64,000 nucleotides of DNA from Chiloscyllium plagiosum (lineage: Eukaryota). The stretch is taken from NCBI RefSeq assembly GCF_004010195.1, contig NC_057755.1:9826891-9890890 (forward strand), given 5' to 3'. Positions 1 to 13,217 of this stretch are shown in pieces (position 1 is the first letter of the stretch; each line of letters begins with the position of its first letter). The position numbers and the translations under genes are program-made. Below the pieces are notes generated by a model. It ran no database searches, was not told the DNA's origin, and saw only the letters and a program-made list of their open reading frames with translations.

Positions 1-214
1 TGGTGTTTTAGATCACCCCCTCTTCTGGTTTGTCATTTTCCATCTTTCTCTTCTCAAATTCTTTCCCTCACACTTTCTTCCACTTTCTCTGCTCTCTCTT
101 CCTCTCAGTTTCCCCATGTTCTCCCTCCGTCTCCCTGTTTCTGTTTTTTTCTCTTCTCACCCTCTGCCGTCTCCTATTCTCTCACCACCTGTCTCGTTCT
201 CTCACTCATTGCAG

Positions 215-547
215 TAGAACCTGTGCCAGAGCTTCCAGTGCTGAAGACGGCCCCTGTGGTTTTGATGAAGACTAAATTGGGCCGAGGACGATGGCGGGCC
301 AAGAGCACGTGTGAGGAGCCAGAGTCCGATCCCACCTTGGAGCCCCAGTGGGAGTCTCAGTACTGGGAGAAGGCGTCACCATCTGCGTACGCTGTCCCAG
401 AAATTCACACGCACGTGGTCAACAGTGCGGAGCTGTCCAGAGAACATCCTGCTGATACACAGCCGGCCGCAGAGACCGAGACAATGCAGCTCATTTGCGA
501 GTCGGTGCCAGACCCTGACCAGAAGGATGAGAGTATTTCACTGGCGG
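215..547 (+). CDS. ZFP91: ZFP91-like zinc finger protein, first coding exon visible in window (internal exon)
   Basis: Long polypyrimidine tract, tandem acceptor gcag/tag (NAGNAG, start 215 or 218), donor G|GTGAGT at 547/548, open frame (EPVPELPVLK...ESISLA), phase 1-1 joins the next exon in frame. Protein here is poorly conserved, so the call rests on splice signals and phase. Confidence 0.7.
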
Positions 548-564
548 GTGAGTGCAGCTGGAAA

Positions 565-1195
565 AGATAGCATTTGGCATGCTTGCCTTGATCAGTCGGA
601 GCACTGAGTTCAGGAGTTGGTGTGTCTGTGATACGCTGTGTGGGATGTTGGTGAGACCACCTTTGGAATCCTGTGTCCAGTTCTGGTCACCCTGCTATTG
701 GAAGGATATTATTAAATTGGAGAGGTTGTGCAGAAACAAATGGCAAGGGTGTTGCCGGGACTGTTGGGTTTCAGTTAAATGGCGAGGCTGAGACTTCTTT
801 CACCGGAGCGTAGGAGGTTGAGGGATGACCTTGTAGAGGTTTATGAAATCTTGAGGGCCCTGGAAAGGATGAATAGCCAAGCTGCCTTTCCGAGGGTAGG
901 GGAGTTCAAAACTAGAGGGTGTAGATTTTAAGGTGAGAGGGGAACGATTTAAAAGAGACCTGAAAGGGCAATGTTTTCACAGAGGTTAGTGTGTATATCG
1001 CTTGAGCTGCTAAAGGAAGTGGTAGAGGCGGGTACAATTACAACATTTGCAAGACATCTGGGCAGATTTGTGAATAGGAAAGGTTTCGAGGGATATGGGC
1101 CAACGCAGGCAAATGGGACTGGTGTAGTTTGGAAAACCTGGAAGGCATGGATCAGTTGGACTAAAGAGTCTCTTTCTGTGCTCTGTCTCTTATGT
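565..1195 (+). mobile_element. CR1 3' fragment starting about 20 nt after an exon donor
   Basis: LVRPPLESCVQFWSP, FSQRLV, EVVEAGT motifs. Confidence 0.85.
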
Positions 1196-1549
1196 ATGTA
1201 ATAGACCGGAGCGTGGGGGCCCTCACATGGAGGTGTGCAGAATAGCAGACATTTGCTTCATTGTAAATAGGGAACAGGAGTTCAGCCTTTTGGGCCCACT
1301 CTGCCGTGCAGTATGATCATGGCTGATCTTCACCATTTTCTTGCGCTGTCCAGGCAGTTGTTTTGGATATGGAGAAATCTATGAATCTCAGCAGTTTAGA
1401 ATTGCTGAGATTCTGGAGTCGCGTGGCTAGACAGGTATGGATAGCAGATTCTTCAGAGATCATTAGTGACTCATGAGTTTGTACACTGATGGTTTCATCG
1501 TTACCATTACTGGTTCTACCTTTCTATTTCCAGATTTATCAATTAACGA

Positions 1550-1985
1550 GGAGGCAATGGCGTAGTTCTGTTATCACTGGATTGTTGATCCAGAGACCTA
1601 GGTAACTTTCTGGGGATCCACGTTCAAATCGTGCCATGGCCAATGGTGGAATTTTAATTCACCTATTAAAACAATCTGGTGTTAACATTCTAATGATGAC
1701 TACAAATCCACTGTCAATCGTTAGAAAGACCCATCTGGCTCAATCATGCCCTTTAGGGAAGGGAACTGCCCACCCTTGCCTGGTCTGGTCTAGCCTACAT
1801 GTGACTCCAGACCCACAGCAATGGGCTGAGGATGATGGCGGGCCAAGAGCACGTGTGAGAAGTCAGAGTCCAATCCCACCTTGGAGTCCCAGTGGCATCT
1901 CTTAACTGCGCTCTTGGTCAATTAGGAATGGGCAATAAATCTTGGCCTCGCCAGCAAAGCCCTCATCACATGAAAATGAATCTGA
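1550..1985 (+). mobile_element. Second tRNA-headed SINE family (other copies about 4355-4700, 9160-9470, 25720-26000)
   Basis: Shared head ggcaatggcgtag...gttcaaatc and body gactccagac...gggcaataaat across copies. Confidence 0.6.
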
Positions 1986-3129
1986 AAAATTGTAATTCTA
2001 TTAATGACTATCATGGATTGGCCCTGGAACATTAGTTTGTGACTTACACACACTGGTTCAGTCACACTGCATTATTGTATCACCATCTCCCTCAGGGAGA
2101 TGATTACTGTTCATTTTGCTTGTCAATATTGTTAATTCACTGCCACGCTGCCGAAGCTGCAACGTTTTCATTTGTCTTTGGTACCTGCATGGATCATTAT
2201 GATTGGATGCTTGCTCTCCCAATACAAGTTCCACTCCAGCCATGAGTAGATATTCATGAACCCTGGCATTGGCGGGCAATCGAGCTTTATGGATTCGCGC
2301 AATCGATCACCTCTGTCTCCCGCCACCACGTTCCTCTTCATTCAACCCACTTAAATTGTTTCCTGTACCATGGTGCCACGGTCAGTCTGCTGCGCCGCAT
2401 TCCAATCTCCTCGCTCATCGGGCAAGCTGCTGAACAGCTGCTAGGGCTGAGACCTAATCTGTTGGTCCCTCTACCTGTCACATCCTCATGACCTTGATCA
2501 GGGACTAGATGAGACGATGCTAACCGAAAAGGGTGTTAACGTCCTTCTAGAGTGCAGTGACCAAGCGACTTGTCCCCTTCCTGATGTAACATACTGTGTG
2601 TAGCTCTGCCTCCAACTTAAAATCTCTGAACTGAAGCTTCTTGAGTCATTTCTTGTGGATACAGTACTGATGTGGTCACCGTGGATTGCTATGGTATCCC
2701 GGATCTCCCAAGTGTTGTGCTCATGACACTTCAACTCAAGTGCCAACTTTATTCCATTAATTGTGTTTTTTTTTAATTATTTGCAGTTCCGCTCCTCACC
2801 CAACTCTCAGCTTCACACTTCACAATCACTGACAAGTCCCTGTCTTTATAAGAATTTTCAACTGGCCTTGTTTAGACATGTTCTGACACACAATACTGGT
2901 GAGGGTGGGAGTTGAATTCTGACTTTCTGGCCGAGAAGAAGGGACAGTACCACAAGAGCTGCATCCCATTTTTAAAAAAAATCAATTATTCAACTTTGCT
3001 CAAGTGGAGAAACCAGCGTAATTAACTGGCAAGAGCTGCTCTCGGAGAGCTTGTACCTCACTCAACCTGTCAATAGCTCTGGAAATTCTTTGCATCTCTC
3101 TTGTAAATGTTGCCACCTAATTTTGTGGT

Positions 3130-3610
3130 GTTTGCCAATGTGGGCGAAGTACATTTGTTTTCTCCCTCCAAGTCATTAATATAAATTATAAACACTTAGT
3201 CCCAGCACTGATCCGTGTGGAAACCCACTGGTTACAGATCGCTGACCTGATAAAGAGCCCTTGCCACCACATGTTTTTCCCTGCCCATTAGCCAATTTCT
3301 CTATCCGCGCCATAATACTACCTCTAACACTGGGTTCTTATCTTATGACTTAACCTTATGTGAAATACCTTGTTAAATACCTTCTACAAGTCCAAGTACA
3401 GCACATCTACTGGTTTCTCTCTATTCACTATGTTTGAGATCTCCTCCAACATGTCTACTAAGTTAGATTTACTGATTTTTCTTTTCACAACTGAATACAC
3501 TTGATTGAGTTATGATTTTCCAAATGTTCTTTACTTTATTGATTCCAAACCTTTTCCAACAGTAGATGTTGGGCTAATCGGTGTATAGTTATCTGCTTCT
3601 TGCCTCCCTC
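3130..3610 (-). mobile_element. Old CR1 RT fragment
   Basis: Degenerate PHGSVLG and AF.KV.H-like segments on - strand. Confidence 0.55.
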
Positions 3611-4705
3611 TGTGTCTTCAAGGTTTTTGTCACTTCGCTGCACAGAGAGAGAGAGAGAGAGAGAGACTTTCCCTGTTACTGTCTGGAGACTTTGGTTTGT
3701 GTTGTCATGCTGTGATATCTCTCGCCTCCACAATTGCACAAACCAGTCAACAGTCTGTCGCTGGACAATGTTTGCTTTGCACTCATCCATGGTTCATCCA
3801 TTGGTTCTTAGATATTGTCCACCCCTACTGCCTGAGCAAATCAACTGTGAAAATACAGTTCTGAGTGAATTCCAGTAGCTTGACCTTTTTTTCAAATTGC
3901 AGCTTCTACAGCCCTTGGTTTAAGACAATCCTTTTCACATTTTGGTCCACAGTCCAAAATAATAATTGTGGTCAATACAGCCCTGAGACTGAGGATAATA
4001 AATCCATACAAAGCCAAGACTGGATAAAAGGCTTTATGACCCCACATCTGCAACTCGTAGCAGGTAGATCACAAAGTTGAGGGAAACCACTTGCCAACAG
4101 ACTGAATATTCCCCCAGGCTTGGAGGTTTGGGCTAGTTGATCAAAGCAGCCATGTCTTGGAGACTTTTAACCTTTGTAAATTGGGCCCCCCTGAGTTGTG
4201 AAGTATAATTACCATTGTCTGTTGGACCAGTGAGCCACGTTTGAAGACAAACCGGCAACCTCCTTTTTCTCAATTACATGTTGGGGTGTTGGTGGTGGAT
4301 GCTGGATGGCTTCAGAGCACAAACTCTCATGAAATGGTGAAAGATGACACGGAAGGCAATGGTGTAGTGATAGTATTCCAGTCCAATTAATCCAGAGACT
4401 CAGTTATTGAGTGGCAGATGGTGGAATTTGATTTTGGTAAAAGAATCAGGAATCAACAGTCAAATGATGGCCATTAAACCATGGTTGATTGGCAGGGAAA
4501 AAGAAAAATCTGGATCACTGATGCCTTTTAGGGGAGGAAACTGCCACCGTTATCTGATGTAACGGGTGTGTGTGTCTGTCAGTCTGCGTGTGTGTGAAAG
4601 AGAGAGACACTCCAGAACGAGAGCACTTACCCTCTGGGTAAGTGGGGATAGACAATCAATGCCAGCCAACCTGTGACACCTACATCCTGTGAATAAAGTT
4701 TACAA

Positions 4706-5010
4706 AATTAGATTAGATTAGATTCCCTCCAGTGTGGAAACAGGCCTTTCGGCCCAACCAGTCCACACTCACCCTCCGAAGAGTAACTCACCCAGACCCA
4801 TTTCCCTCTGACTAATGCAATTTAACATGATCAATTCACCAAGTCTGCACATCTTTTGACTGTGGGAGGAAACTGGAGCACCGGGAGGAAACCCATGCAG
4901 ACATGGAAAATGTGCAAACTCCACACAGACAGTCGCCCGAGGATGGAATCAAACCCAGGTTCCTGGCACTGTGTGGCAGCAGTGCTAACCGCTGAGCCAC
5001 CGTGTCAACG
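4706..5010 (-). mobile_element. tRNA-headed HE1-like SINE (further copies about 5450-5600 -, 10017-10340 +, 37718-38045 +, 38338-38640 -, 51445-51805 -, 56380-56570 +)
   Basis: A box (tggctcagcggttagc) and B box (gggtttgattcc), conserved core, CR1-like tail and (tctaa)n end. Confidence 0.8.
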
Positions 5011-6439
5011 TGTTGCCTGTATCATCTGCCTCAATGTCCCACCTGCTCCAAAACCTCCGCACATAGCCTTCCATCCAAAGGCTCAACTGGACCTGCATGA
5101 GTGAAACTCGCTGAGGCTCCTTCAACACCGTCTCCCAGACCTGTGATGTTGACTGCCCAGCGTAGCAAGCCAGCAGAACCATTGGAACATCAACATTTGC
5201 AAGGTTCCATCCTGACTTGGAACCAAATCACTGATCCCTCAGTGCTGTTGGGTAAAAATGTACACTCTCTGACCCCCACATAGCCGTCCATACACACACC
5301 ACCCCACCATGTGTGCATGCCAAAACCCCTTTGCTTGTCAAGTTGAGTGTGGTTCCAAAATCCACAAGAGGCTTGGCCTCATGCAGGTTAAAGTAGCCCA
5401 CTTGCTGAACACCAATTTAAGCACTGCATCCTGTCTCCCCCCACTGTCACTAGATTCCCTACAGTGTGGAAACAGGCTCTTCGGCCCAACCAGTCCACAC
5501 CGACCCTCCGAAGAGTAACCCACCCAGACCAATTTCCCTCTGGCTAATGCAGTTTAACCTGACCAATTCACCAAACCTACACATCTTTGGACTGTGTAGT
5601 GGCTGCAGTGTGTGACATTGACACTTTGCGCTGCAGCAATTCCCCCTCTGAAACTCCTTCGACTGCATCTTCCAAACTTGCAGCCTCTACAGTCAAATGG
5701 TCACTGGGTCAAGAGTCAGGATGTCCCCTCCTGACAGCACTGTCAGTGTCCTCAAACCCATGTTTAACAGTGACGTTAAACCCAAGTTTCTCACACCACC
5801 TGGGACACAATTATTGGTGGGCATTGAATACTGGCCAGCCAGTGCTGTCCTAATCCCGTGAAACCGTAATGTTATAAAGTGTATTTTTCTCTTCAAGCGG
5901 TCATATTTTTGGGTCACTTGTAATGTTGGAATCTGTCTCTGATGTCTAGCATTCGGTTCTTTTAGTTGACAAACAAGGAAACAAGAATGGTCAACTTGGA
6001 CGGTAAAACCTGCACAAGCACTAGTGCCAAACAGAGCCAAAAGCTTTATCGAAACAGTGCTGCTTTGCAGCTTCCAATGTGAAAATTAATCCTCTCGCGT
6101 TCACCTATTAGTGGAGAATGAAATTGCATTGCCGTGCAAGACATTAAAGCCCTATGGCTGAATCACCCTATGGCTGCATGTATCAGACTCGCCTTCAGAG
6201 AGAGCTATTTAAGATGAGTTTGAGTTGGTGGGATTGAGAGGAGTTAGCAGTGCAGTTTTTCAGTGGGAGTACTGATAAAACTGCTGCTTTTCATCAGACT
6301 TGAAGTCCAGATATGAGTGCCCAAGATAAGACATAATGTTCCCTTGGCACGAGAACAATGGAAGTAACACCAGTGTTACCCAGCGTCTTCCTATTTCCCT
6401 TTCTCCCCAGTTGACTTTTCTCCTCTTTCCTCTTCCCAG

Positions 6440-6497
6440 GATTAGCTGCTGCCGCTGGTCTCCCTAATTCCGTCAGAGAGCCAGAATTGGAAAACAG
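6440..6497 (+). CDS. ZFP91: ZFP91-like coding exon (GLAAAAGLPNSVREPELEN)
   Basis: Pyrimidine tract + cccag acceptor, AG|GTAGGA donor; phase 1 to 2 bridges flanking exons without a stop. Confidence 0.65.
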
Positions 6498-7194
6498 GTA
6501 GGAGACAGCCCCTGCCCTGCCTCCTCAGTCATTCCTCTCCCTGACCATTTAGCACTTTCCAACCAGTTGTCCTTAAATATAGCAATATGATAGAACCTGT
6601 TCTCCCCCCCCCACCCTCCAGGGGTGCTGGAGACTTGGTCCATTGTCCGATAGTGTTGTGCTTAGGGGAATTTTGGGGTGCAGAAACTGGGGGCTCGGGA
6701 GGTATGGTGTATAACAAAGGTTGCGTGGCGTTGGGGTGATTCTCTTGTCTGACCGTTCTGAGAGGTTTGGTTCCAGATATTGTGGTGGTGAAGTGGGGTA
6801 TCATTTCACAGTATGTTGGGGAGACAGTGGACGGCTTACTCCAGGGATATGGCCACATGCGGAGATGATAACTGGGACGGCATGGATTGCGGACAGAATG
6901 CTGATTTGAGCATTAAACCATGGGCATGGGGTGACACAGGGTTTGACTGGAGACCGGTCGGATTGGGGACTATGAGCTCAGATCCAGACCATGAGGGTGA
7001 AGCAGGAGTCAGACCCGGGATGTAAGGGTGATGCGAGGGTTTGACTGTTTGGGGGGGGGGGGAGGTGACGCTGTTGGGTGATGAACTTTGCTTTTAGTGA
7101 GTGTCGAGGGAGATTGAAAGCTGTCATTACTGAGTTAGAGAGCGCCATGAGTGTTGTTCTTACCTCTGACTGGTCGCTCCTCTTGCTTTATTAG

Positions 7195-7287
7195 TGAGGA
7201 AGACGAACCAGAGTTGGTGGAGACTGACGATGACATCCCATTCCACGATGATCCCAAAGATGAAATGTATGAGCCGTCACCACACAG
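7195..7287 (+). CDS. ZFP91: ZFP91-like coding exon, acidic region (SEEDEPELVETDDDIPFHDDPKDEMYEPSPH)
   Basis: ttattag acceptor, AG|GTAACT donor; resembles the ZFP91 IPFKDDPRDETYKP motif. Confidence 0.88.
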
Positions 7288-7687
7288 GTAACTAGCTGGA
7301 GGGCAAAGCAAATCCTTTTGGACTCTCATTCCATGACCTGCTCCACCCATCCTGTTCCTTCTGTCTTTTGGCCTTGAATCCCAACACACTTTACGTAACC
7401 ACAGCTGAGGGGCTTGACTGGTTTGTTTCTCTCCACCTTTTCTCTCCTTGCCCGAGTTTGTGCTTCATCGCACTTGTCTTAGACCGTCACTTGTCCCAGG
7501 CTTGGCTGCAGTCCTGGCACTGTGATCTCTGTGCTGCCTCTTCTGCCCCCATCTCTGCTGTCATCCTCTCTCCTGCCCATCTTTCTGCCAGCCTTGCCTT
7601 CATTGCTGCCCAGGTCAGCAGCTGTTCTGCCTTCTGTAAACAGCTTCCCTTACCAGCAACCCTTCTGTCTCTCCGCTTCATGTTTGT

Positions 7688-8319
7688 TGTTATGGACCAG
7701 ATCAAACCCTCTCAAAACATACCAAGGGAACAGCCTAAACCCTAACTTTTACCTTACTTTGAAGGCAAGTCCAAGATGCTGCCTTCCAGATGTGATACGA
7801 TTGGTCAAACCTACTAGGCTTTACGCGACACATTACACTATGGCTAAAATACAAACAAACGACAAAAGAATTGTTAGAACTTGAGCTCTATTAAAAGACT
7901 TCACAAAATAATATTATTTAACTACTACTCATCAACTGTCCGACATGGCTGCATCCCATAAACACACCCTTGGCCAAGGCAAATTCAGCAAAACAGATTT
8001 TCCCTCACTTGTTTTCTTTTCCAACCCGGGCCAGAGGAAAGACCGAAAGAATGAATCTAGCAGCAGAGAGAAACCCCAAGCATTTTACAGCTTCAACTCC
8101 AAAAGCTGAACCTCAATAGCTGAAAGCAAAAGGTAAAACCCTGGATCTCTGTGAGCCTGACTCCACCCCCTCATGCTGCTTTTGACTAATGTAAAGAAAA
8201 GGCCCAAAGTTATTTTGTTTGCTTTCCATGGAGTAGACACCCTAGCAGCAAGTTCACTCAGCTCTTCTTCAAGAGAAACAGGACAGCACAAATCCTCCTT
8301 CAAGGCACATCTTGTCACA
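7688..8319. mobile_element. Solo-LTR-like element; related copy in opposite orientation at about 10748-11364
   Basis: TG...CA ends; tgttatggaccaga...ccctaactt matches the reverse complement of about 11305-11364. Confidence 0.55.
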
Positions 8320-8482
8320 TTTTCCTACTTTGTCCCATTCACATCTTCCGCCTCTCCTATCTGTCCCTTCACCTTGCCCCCTGCGCAGTGTTTTTATCTC
8401 GTTGGCAGTGTTTGCAGATTGTGAATCGACGAGCCTAACTCTCTTTCAGAGCACTCAACTTCCGATTTGTTCCAATTCACAG

Positions 8483-8569
8483 GGAGCGTGGGAAGCCGAG
8501 GCGGAAACCACGGAAAGAGAAGGAGAAAGTGGAGACGGTGGAGCAGGTGGAACCTCCTAAGAGTCAAAG
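8483..8569 (+). CDS. ZFP91: ZFP91-like coding exon (RERGKPRRKPRKEKEKVETVEQVEPPKSQ)
   Basis: ttcacag acceptor, AG|GTTAGC donor, phase 2-2; resembles the ZFP91 KPRRK...EKEK...EPP segment. Confidence 0.85.
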
Positions 8570-11497
8570 GTTAGCCACCACTGCCCTCATCGAGGGAGCA
8601 GTGTTGCCTTGTATTGCCCCCGAATGATCCCACCTCCTGCACTTGGTTCTAGTGGTGTCCCCCTCCTCTCTCATGTAACCTTCCTCATCCCCATTCCATT
8701 CACCTGTCAACTGAGTGTGCAGATGTCAGGAGCACTGATATGACTAATCCATGGAAGGCAAAAACTGACAGTCATGGGATGTGCATTCACAAGATGGCAA
8801 TGCGACAAGTTGTGGTCAGACGTTTACTTATAGAAATGTGCGCGGCTGTGCACGTACAGCAATGTTGAATGGAAAAGCAGGCAGAAAAATATGCTAAATC
8901 TTTGCAAACTCTTCAGCACTCGAACGGGTATTGTGTCATACTGTGTGCACCGTGTGCAAGTTGTGAAAGTGGATGTTTACCCCCCTGTTTTTCTCTGCTA
9001 TTAATGGCCTGCCTGTTTGTTGCACTACACCGACTCACAAGTGTGCACCTTGGTTAATGTTCGTCAACGCCCTGTTGAGGCTGCAAAACAAAGTTTACAT
9101 CGAAGATAGTTGGGCTTGAGTTATACGGAGTTTCCAGAGCCATTTGTGGAGTTGATATGATGTCGTTATCATTGGACTATTAATCTAGAGACCGTGGGGA
9201 CTTAGGTTTGAATCGCACTATGACAGACGGTGGAATTTGAATTCAGTAAAAATGTGGGATGAAGAGTCTAATAGTGACCATTGTTGATTGGTGCAAAAAT
9301 AGGCAACGGCTTCACTAATGTCCTCAAAGGTGAAATCCTTTTTGGAAATCTGTTATCCTTGCCTGGTGCGGCCACAAGTGATTCCAGACCTATAGCAGTG
9401 CCATCTTATCTGTCCTCTGGGCAGTAAGCATTAGCCTGGCCAGTGATGCCCACATCCTGTGAATGATTAAGAAAAGAGCTCGGGAGGTTAAAATGGCCCC
9501 TCGTGCCAATACCCCTCATTTTGGAAAGCCCAAGTTTTTTAACCTTCTCTGCTGGAAGGCTTCTTCATATACCAGAGCTCCTCATTTCTGGTGACAAGTC
9601 CTCACCACACTTTCTGAAAGTGGTCCCCAGGACTGTGCACTATACTCAACTCCAGCAGAAATATGAATTTTGTGGCTCTATTGTAACTTCTCTGTTTACA
9701 AAACTGCTCGAGGACACCACTTGTCACAGCCTGCCAATTTGGGAGAAAACCCCTGAGTGGTACCTTAGGAAGTCCAAATCAATTCCCTGTCCCAAATTTG
9801 CTTGCTTAATTATCTCTCGAACGGGTATTGTGTCATACTTTGTATTAAGCTGCAAAAGCTGCTCTATCATATCTGTTCTTGACGTGAGCTCAAAACTATT
9901 TATCTTTTCTTGGACGTCTCCTATCCATTCTCTCACCTTTCTCCCTGCGCAATGTTTTATCTAACTGTTGCCCTATGATTAGCTGTTCTTTCCTGTCTAC
10001 ATTCTTATCACTTACTGGTGACATGGTGACTCAGTGGTTGTCCCTGCTGCCTCTCACCGCCAGGGACCGGGTTTGATTCCAGCCTCGGGCCACTGTCTGT
10101 GTGAAGTTTCCACGTTCTCCCGTGTGGATTTCCTCTGGGTGCTCCAGTTTTCTTTCACAGTCCTGAGATGTGCAGGTTAGATGGTTTGGCCGTGCTAAAT
10201 TACCCGTAGCATCCAGGGATGTGCAGGCTAGGTGGTTTAGCCATGGGGAATGTGAGGTTGCAGGGATAGGGTAGGGGTGTGGGTCTGAATGGGATGCTTT
10301 TCAGAGGTGTGGACCCAATGGGCCAAATGGCCTCCTTCCACACTGGGCATTCTATGATATGGTATTCCTCCTATGTTTCCTGCATATCCCCAGTGTTCTC
10401 CTGGGACTTCACTGCTTAGATCTTAAGCAGCCAAATGTTTTCTCTTGTTCTCTATACCCTTGTACAATAGTGTGGCAATACCTGTGCCTTCAAAATTCTC
10501 GACACTGAATAGGAATGGGGGACGTTGATGGTGGATTGGTGGGCAATAATTAGTTTGTTCTCTTTTCAGCAAAGGTGGCTAGTGGGGTTTTATTGGAAGT
10601 GAGCAAAGTTGTGAAGAGTTTTATAGTAAATGAGTCTCATCAGTTTTAAATAACTGGTAAAGTAAGCAGAGAGAGAAGAACATTAGCTGCACGATACATT
10701 AAGGCCTAGAATGCGGCGGGAATCACTTAGATTTGAGACTATGCTCCTTGACAAGGTTGTGTTGTCAGTATTTTTTTCCAAAAATACTTGATGACACAGG
10801 TTCTGAAATCTCTGGGGTTGATTGACTTGAAGAAACTTTTAAGTTTTTTAAACAAAAACACTTGGACAGTGAAAGGGGAGTGGCCAGTTCTCCCAGCTCA
10901 GCTCATCTCTGGTTTGGGTTTTAGCAGTCTGCCTGTTTAGAGCAAGCAGTCAGTTTGTTTGAGGCTGCTGGTCAAAGGAAGAGTTCCATGCTGAATCTCT
11001 CTGCCATCTTGCTCTTGCTCTCGCTCTCTCTCGCTCTCTTCCCCCCCCCCCACGTAAGACCCTGTATTTGATTGTACCTTTTCTGTCAAGGGGCATTTAT
11101 GGGGGATTGTTGCAAGTATTTGGAACAGCATCAGAATGGATGATCTGTTGGGTTTTCAGGCAGGTTAAGTTATTCTGTATTCTGTTCTCTTTTGTTCGTG
11201 TTTCATTCGATAATCTTGTAAATCACTTGTTTAAACCTAAGTGATTGGGCCAGCTGCATCACTCCTGGATAATCTGCTCCACACCTTATTAAAGCAGCAA
11301 GCTAAGTTAGGGTCCGGGCTACTTCCTTGAAATGTTTTGAGGGGGACTGGTCTGGTCCATAACAGACTGATTTGTAAGGTTGTAAGTGAGCCTAAGTTGG
11401 GCAGCACCACCAGTGGATTGAATGAGCTCCTGTACTGTCAGATTGCAGTGATGTTACTTAACTTGCAAGGCTAACACCTTACTTTCTTCCTTGTCAG

Positions 11498-11548
11498 GAG
11501 GCCACGAAGATCCAAAGAAGATAGAGGACCTCGTCCACCCAAGAAGCG
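11498..11548 (+). CDS. ZFP91: ZFP91-like coding exon, basic NLS-like segment (RRPRRSKEDRGPRPPKKR)
   Basis: ttgtcag acceptor, CG|GTAAGT donor, 51 nt, phase 2-2. Confidence 0.88.
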
Positions 11549-11777
11549 GTAAGTCTGTTGCCGGGGAGGTGGGGACAGTGACTGGTGTATCACTGGGCTC
11601 GGTGCGTTTTTACCATGGGGGGAGCAGCAAGACCTATGGAAATATACCACAGACCTGCTTGATCTCATTACAGTGGCTGGGAAGGTTGGGGAGAATGCAA
11701 GAGGAAGAGAAGTCTAGGTTTTCCTGCAAAAGGTGTAACTGAATGTCCTGGTCAAACTGCTCTTTCCTCTGCCTCAG

Positions 11778-11856
11778 GAAGAAGCCTCCTATTCAGTACG
11801 TGCGCTGTGAGATGGAAGGTTGTGGAACTATCCTCGCCAATCCAAGGTATTTGCAG
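11778..11856 (+). CDS. ZFP91: ZFP91-like coding exon, start of zinc finger 1 (KKPPIQYVRCEMEGCGTILANPRYLQ)
   Basis: Nearly identical to the ZFP91 KKPPIQYVRCEMEGCGTVLAHPRYLQ motif; canonical AG/GT sites. Confidence 0.96.
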
Positions 11857-13217
11857 GTCAGTGCAAACTTAATCTGGTTGGCATACACCATGCTTTTTTT
11901 TTGCACAAAGAAGCTTTCTTTCAGATGTCTTCATCTGCAGAGGCTGAATGTCAATATCGTTCAGCCCTTGTCTAGAATACAGCTGTGCTGTTCGGATCTA
12001 GAATGGGATTAAGCTAAGAAGCAGTAGTAGGAGGATTACTGTGTGCAACGTAACCAGGATTTAGAATCAGCTTACCTGGCTGAAGAACATTGGAAATGCT
12101 CTGCAGGTCTGACAGCATTTGTGGAGCGTCCGAGAGAGAGTGGCTGTTTCAGGCAAAGGGTTTCTGTTCAGAGCCGTTGAGGAATGAGAAAATCAATAGG
12201 CAAGATTTCACTTCGTAGTTCTGGTTTACCACTCAAAACAAAATCAAGAAATATTAAATAAGAGTCACCAGTGAATTACAATCAATGTTTTCGACATTAC
12301 GCATTCAGAAGCAGATAGACGAGTATCTGTTGCAAGGTATTACCAAGTTTGTGAAATTTCTAAGACCGTCTACTAAGCCTGCAGGACTCACTTCAGCCCG
12401 AAGGTCAGTCAAACGTCTGGATTGGTACTGGCGACTTTTAAAGGTTCTATTTTACAGAAACAAAAATCACTAGGTTGATTCCAGAGTTGAGAGGGTTGGC
12501 GTTTGAGGAAGATCGAGTACACTGGGTCTATGCTCTTTAGAATTTAGAAGAATGATGGGAGGGATCTTATAGAAACGCACTAGATTATGAAGGGAATAAA
12601 TAAGATTGAGCAGGGAGGTTGGTGGGTGAAACTACACTCGGAGGCACGGCCTCAAACTGAGGGGCAGCAGATTTAGAGCTGAGTTGAGGAGGAAATTCTT
12701 TACGCTCAGGTTTGTGAATCTGTGGAATTCGCTGCCCAGTGAAGCAGTCGAGGCTACCTCGGTAAACATTTTTAAGGCAAAGATAGATTTTTGAAAAGTA
12801 AAGGAATTAACGTTAAACTGCAAAGTCACGCACGTAGAAAAGGTATAAACTTTGTGATTAAAAACTGCATAGAATCATAACAGTACAAAAGAGGTCATTC
12901 AGCCCATCAAGTCTGCACTGCCAAAGCTACACTCGTTCTAACTTCCAGCACCAGGCCCATGGCCTTGAATGTTAGAACACTTAAAGTGCTCATCCAAGTT
13001 TGTTTTATAAATGTTGTGAGGTTTGCCACCTCAACTCCTCTCCCAAGCAGTCCATTCCAAACCTCTGCCACCCTATGAGTGAAACAAATCCTCAAGCCCC
13101 CTCTAAACCTCTTGCCTCTCACCTTAAAAGTATACCTCTTGTTACTGACTGTTCAACAAAGGGGATTAACTGCTTTCTATTCATCCTGTCCATGTCCCTC
13201 AATCTTATACATCTCTG

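Noticed and set aside
9503..9964. 153-aa + ORF and overlapping 70-aa - ORF in non-repeat-looking intronic DNA
   Set aside because: No recognisable domain and not needed for the ZFP91 frame; cannot be supported without a homology search
10017..10095. tRNA gene
   Set aside because: tRNA-like A/B boxes are the head of a multi-copy SINE continuing into a core and LINE-like tail
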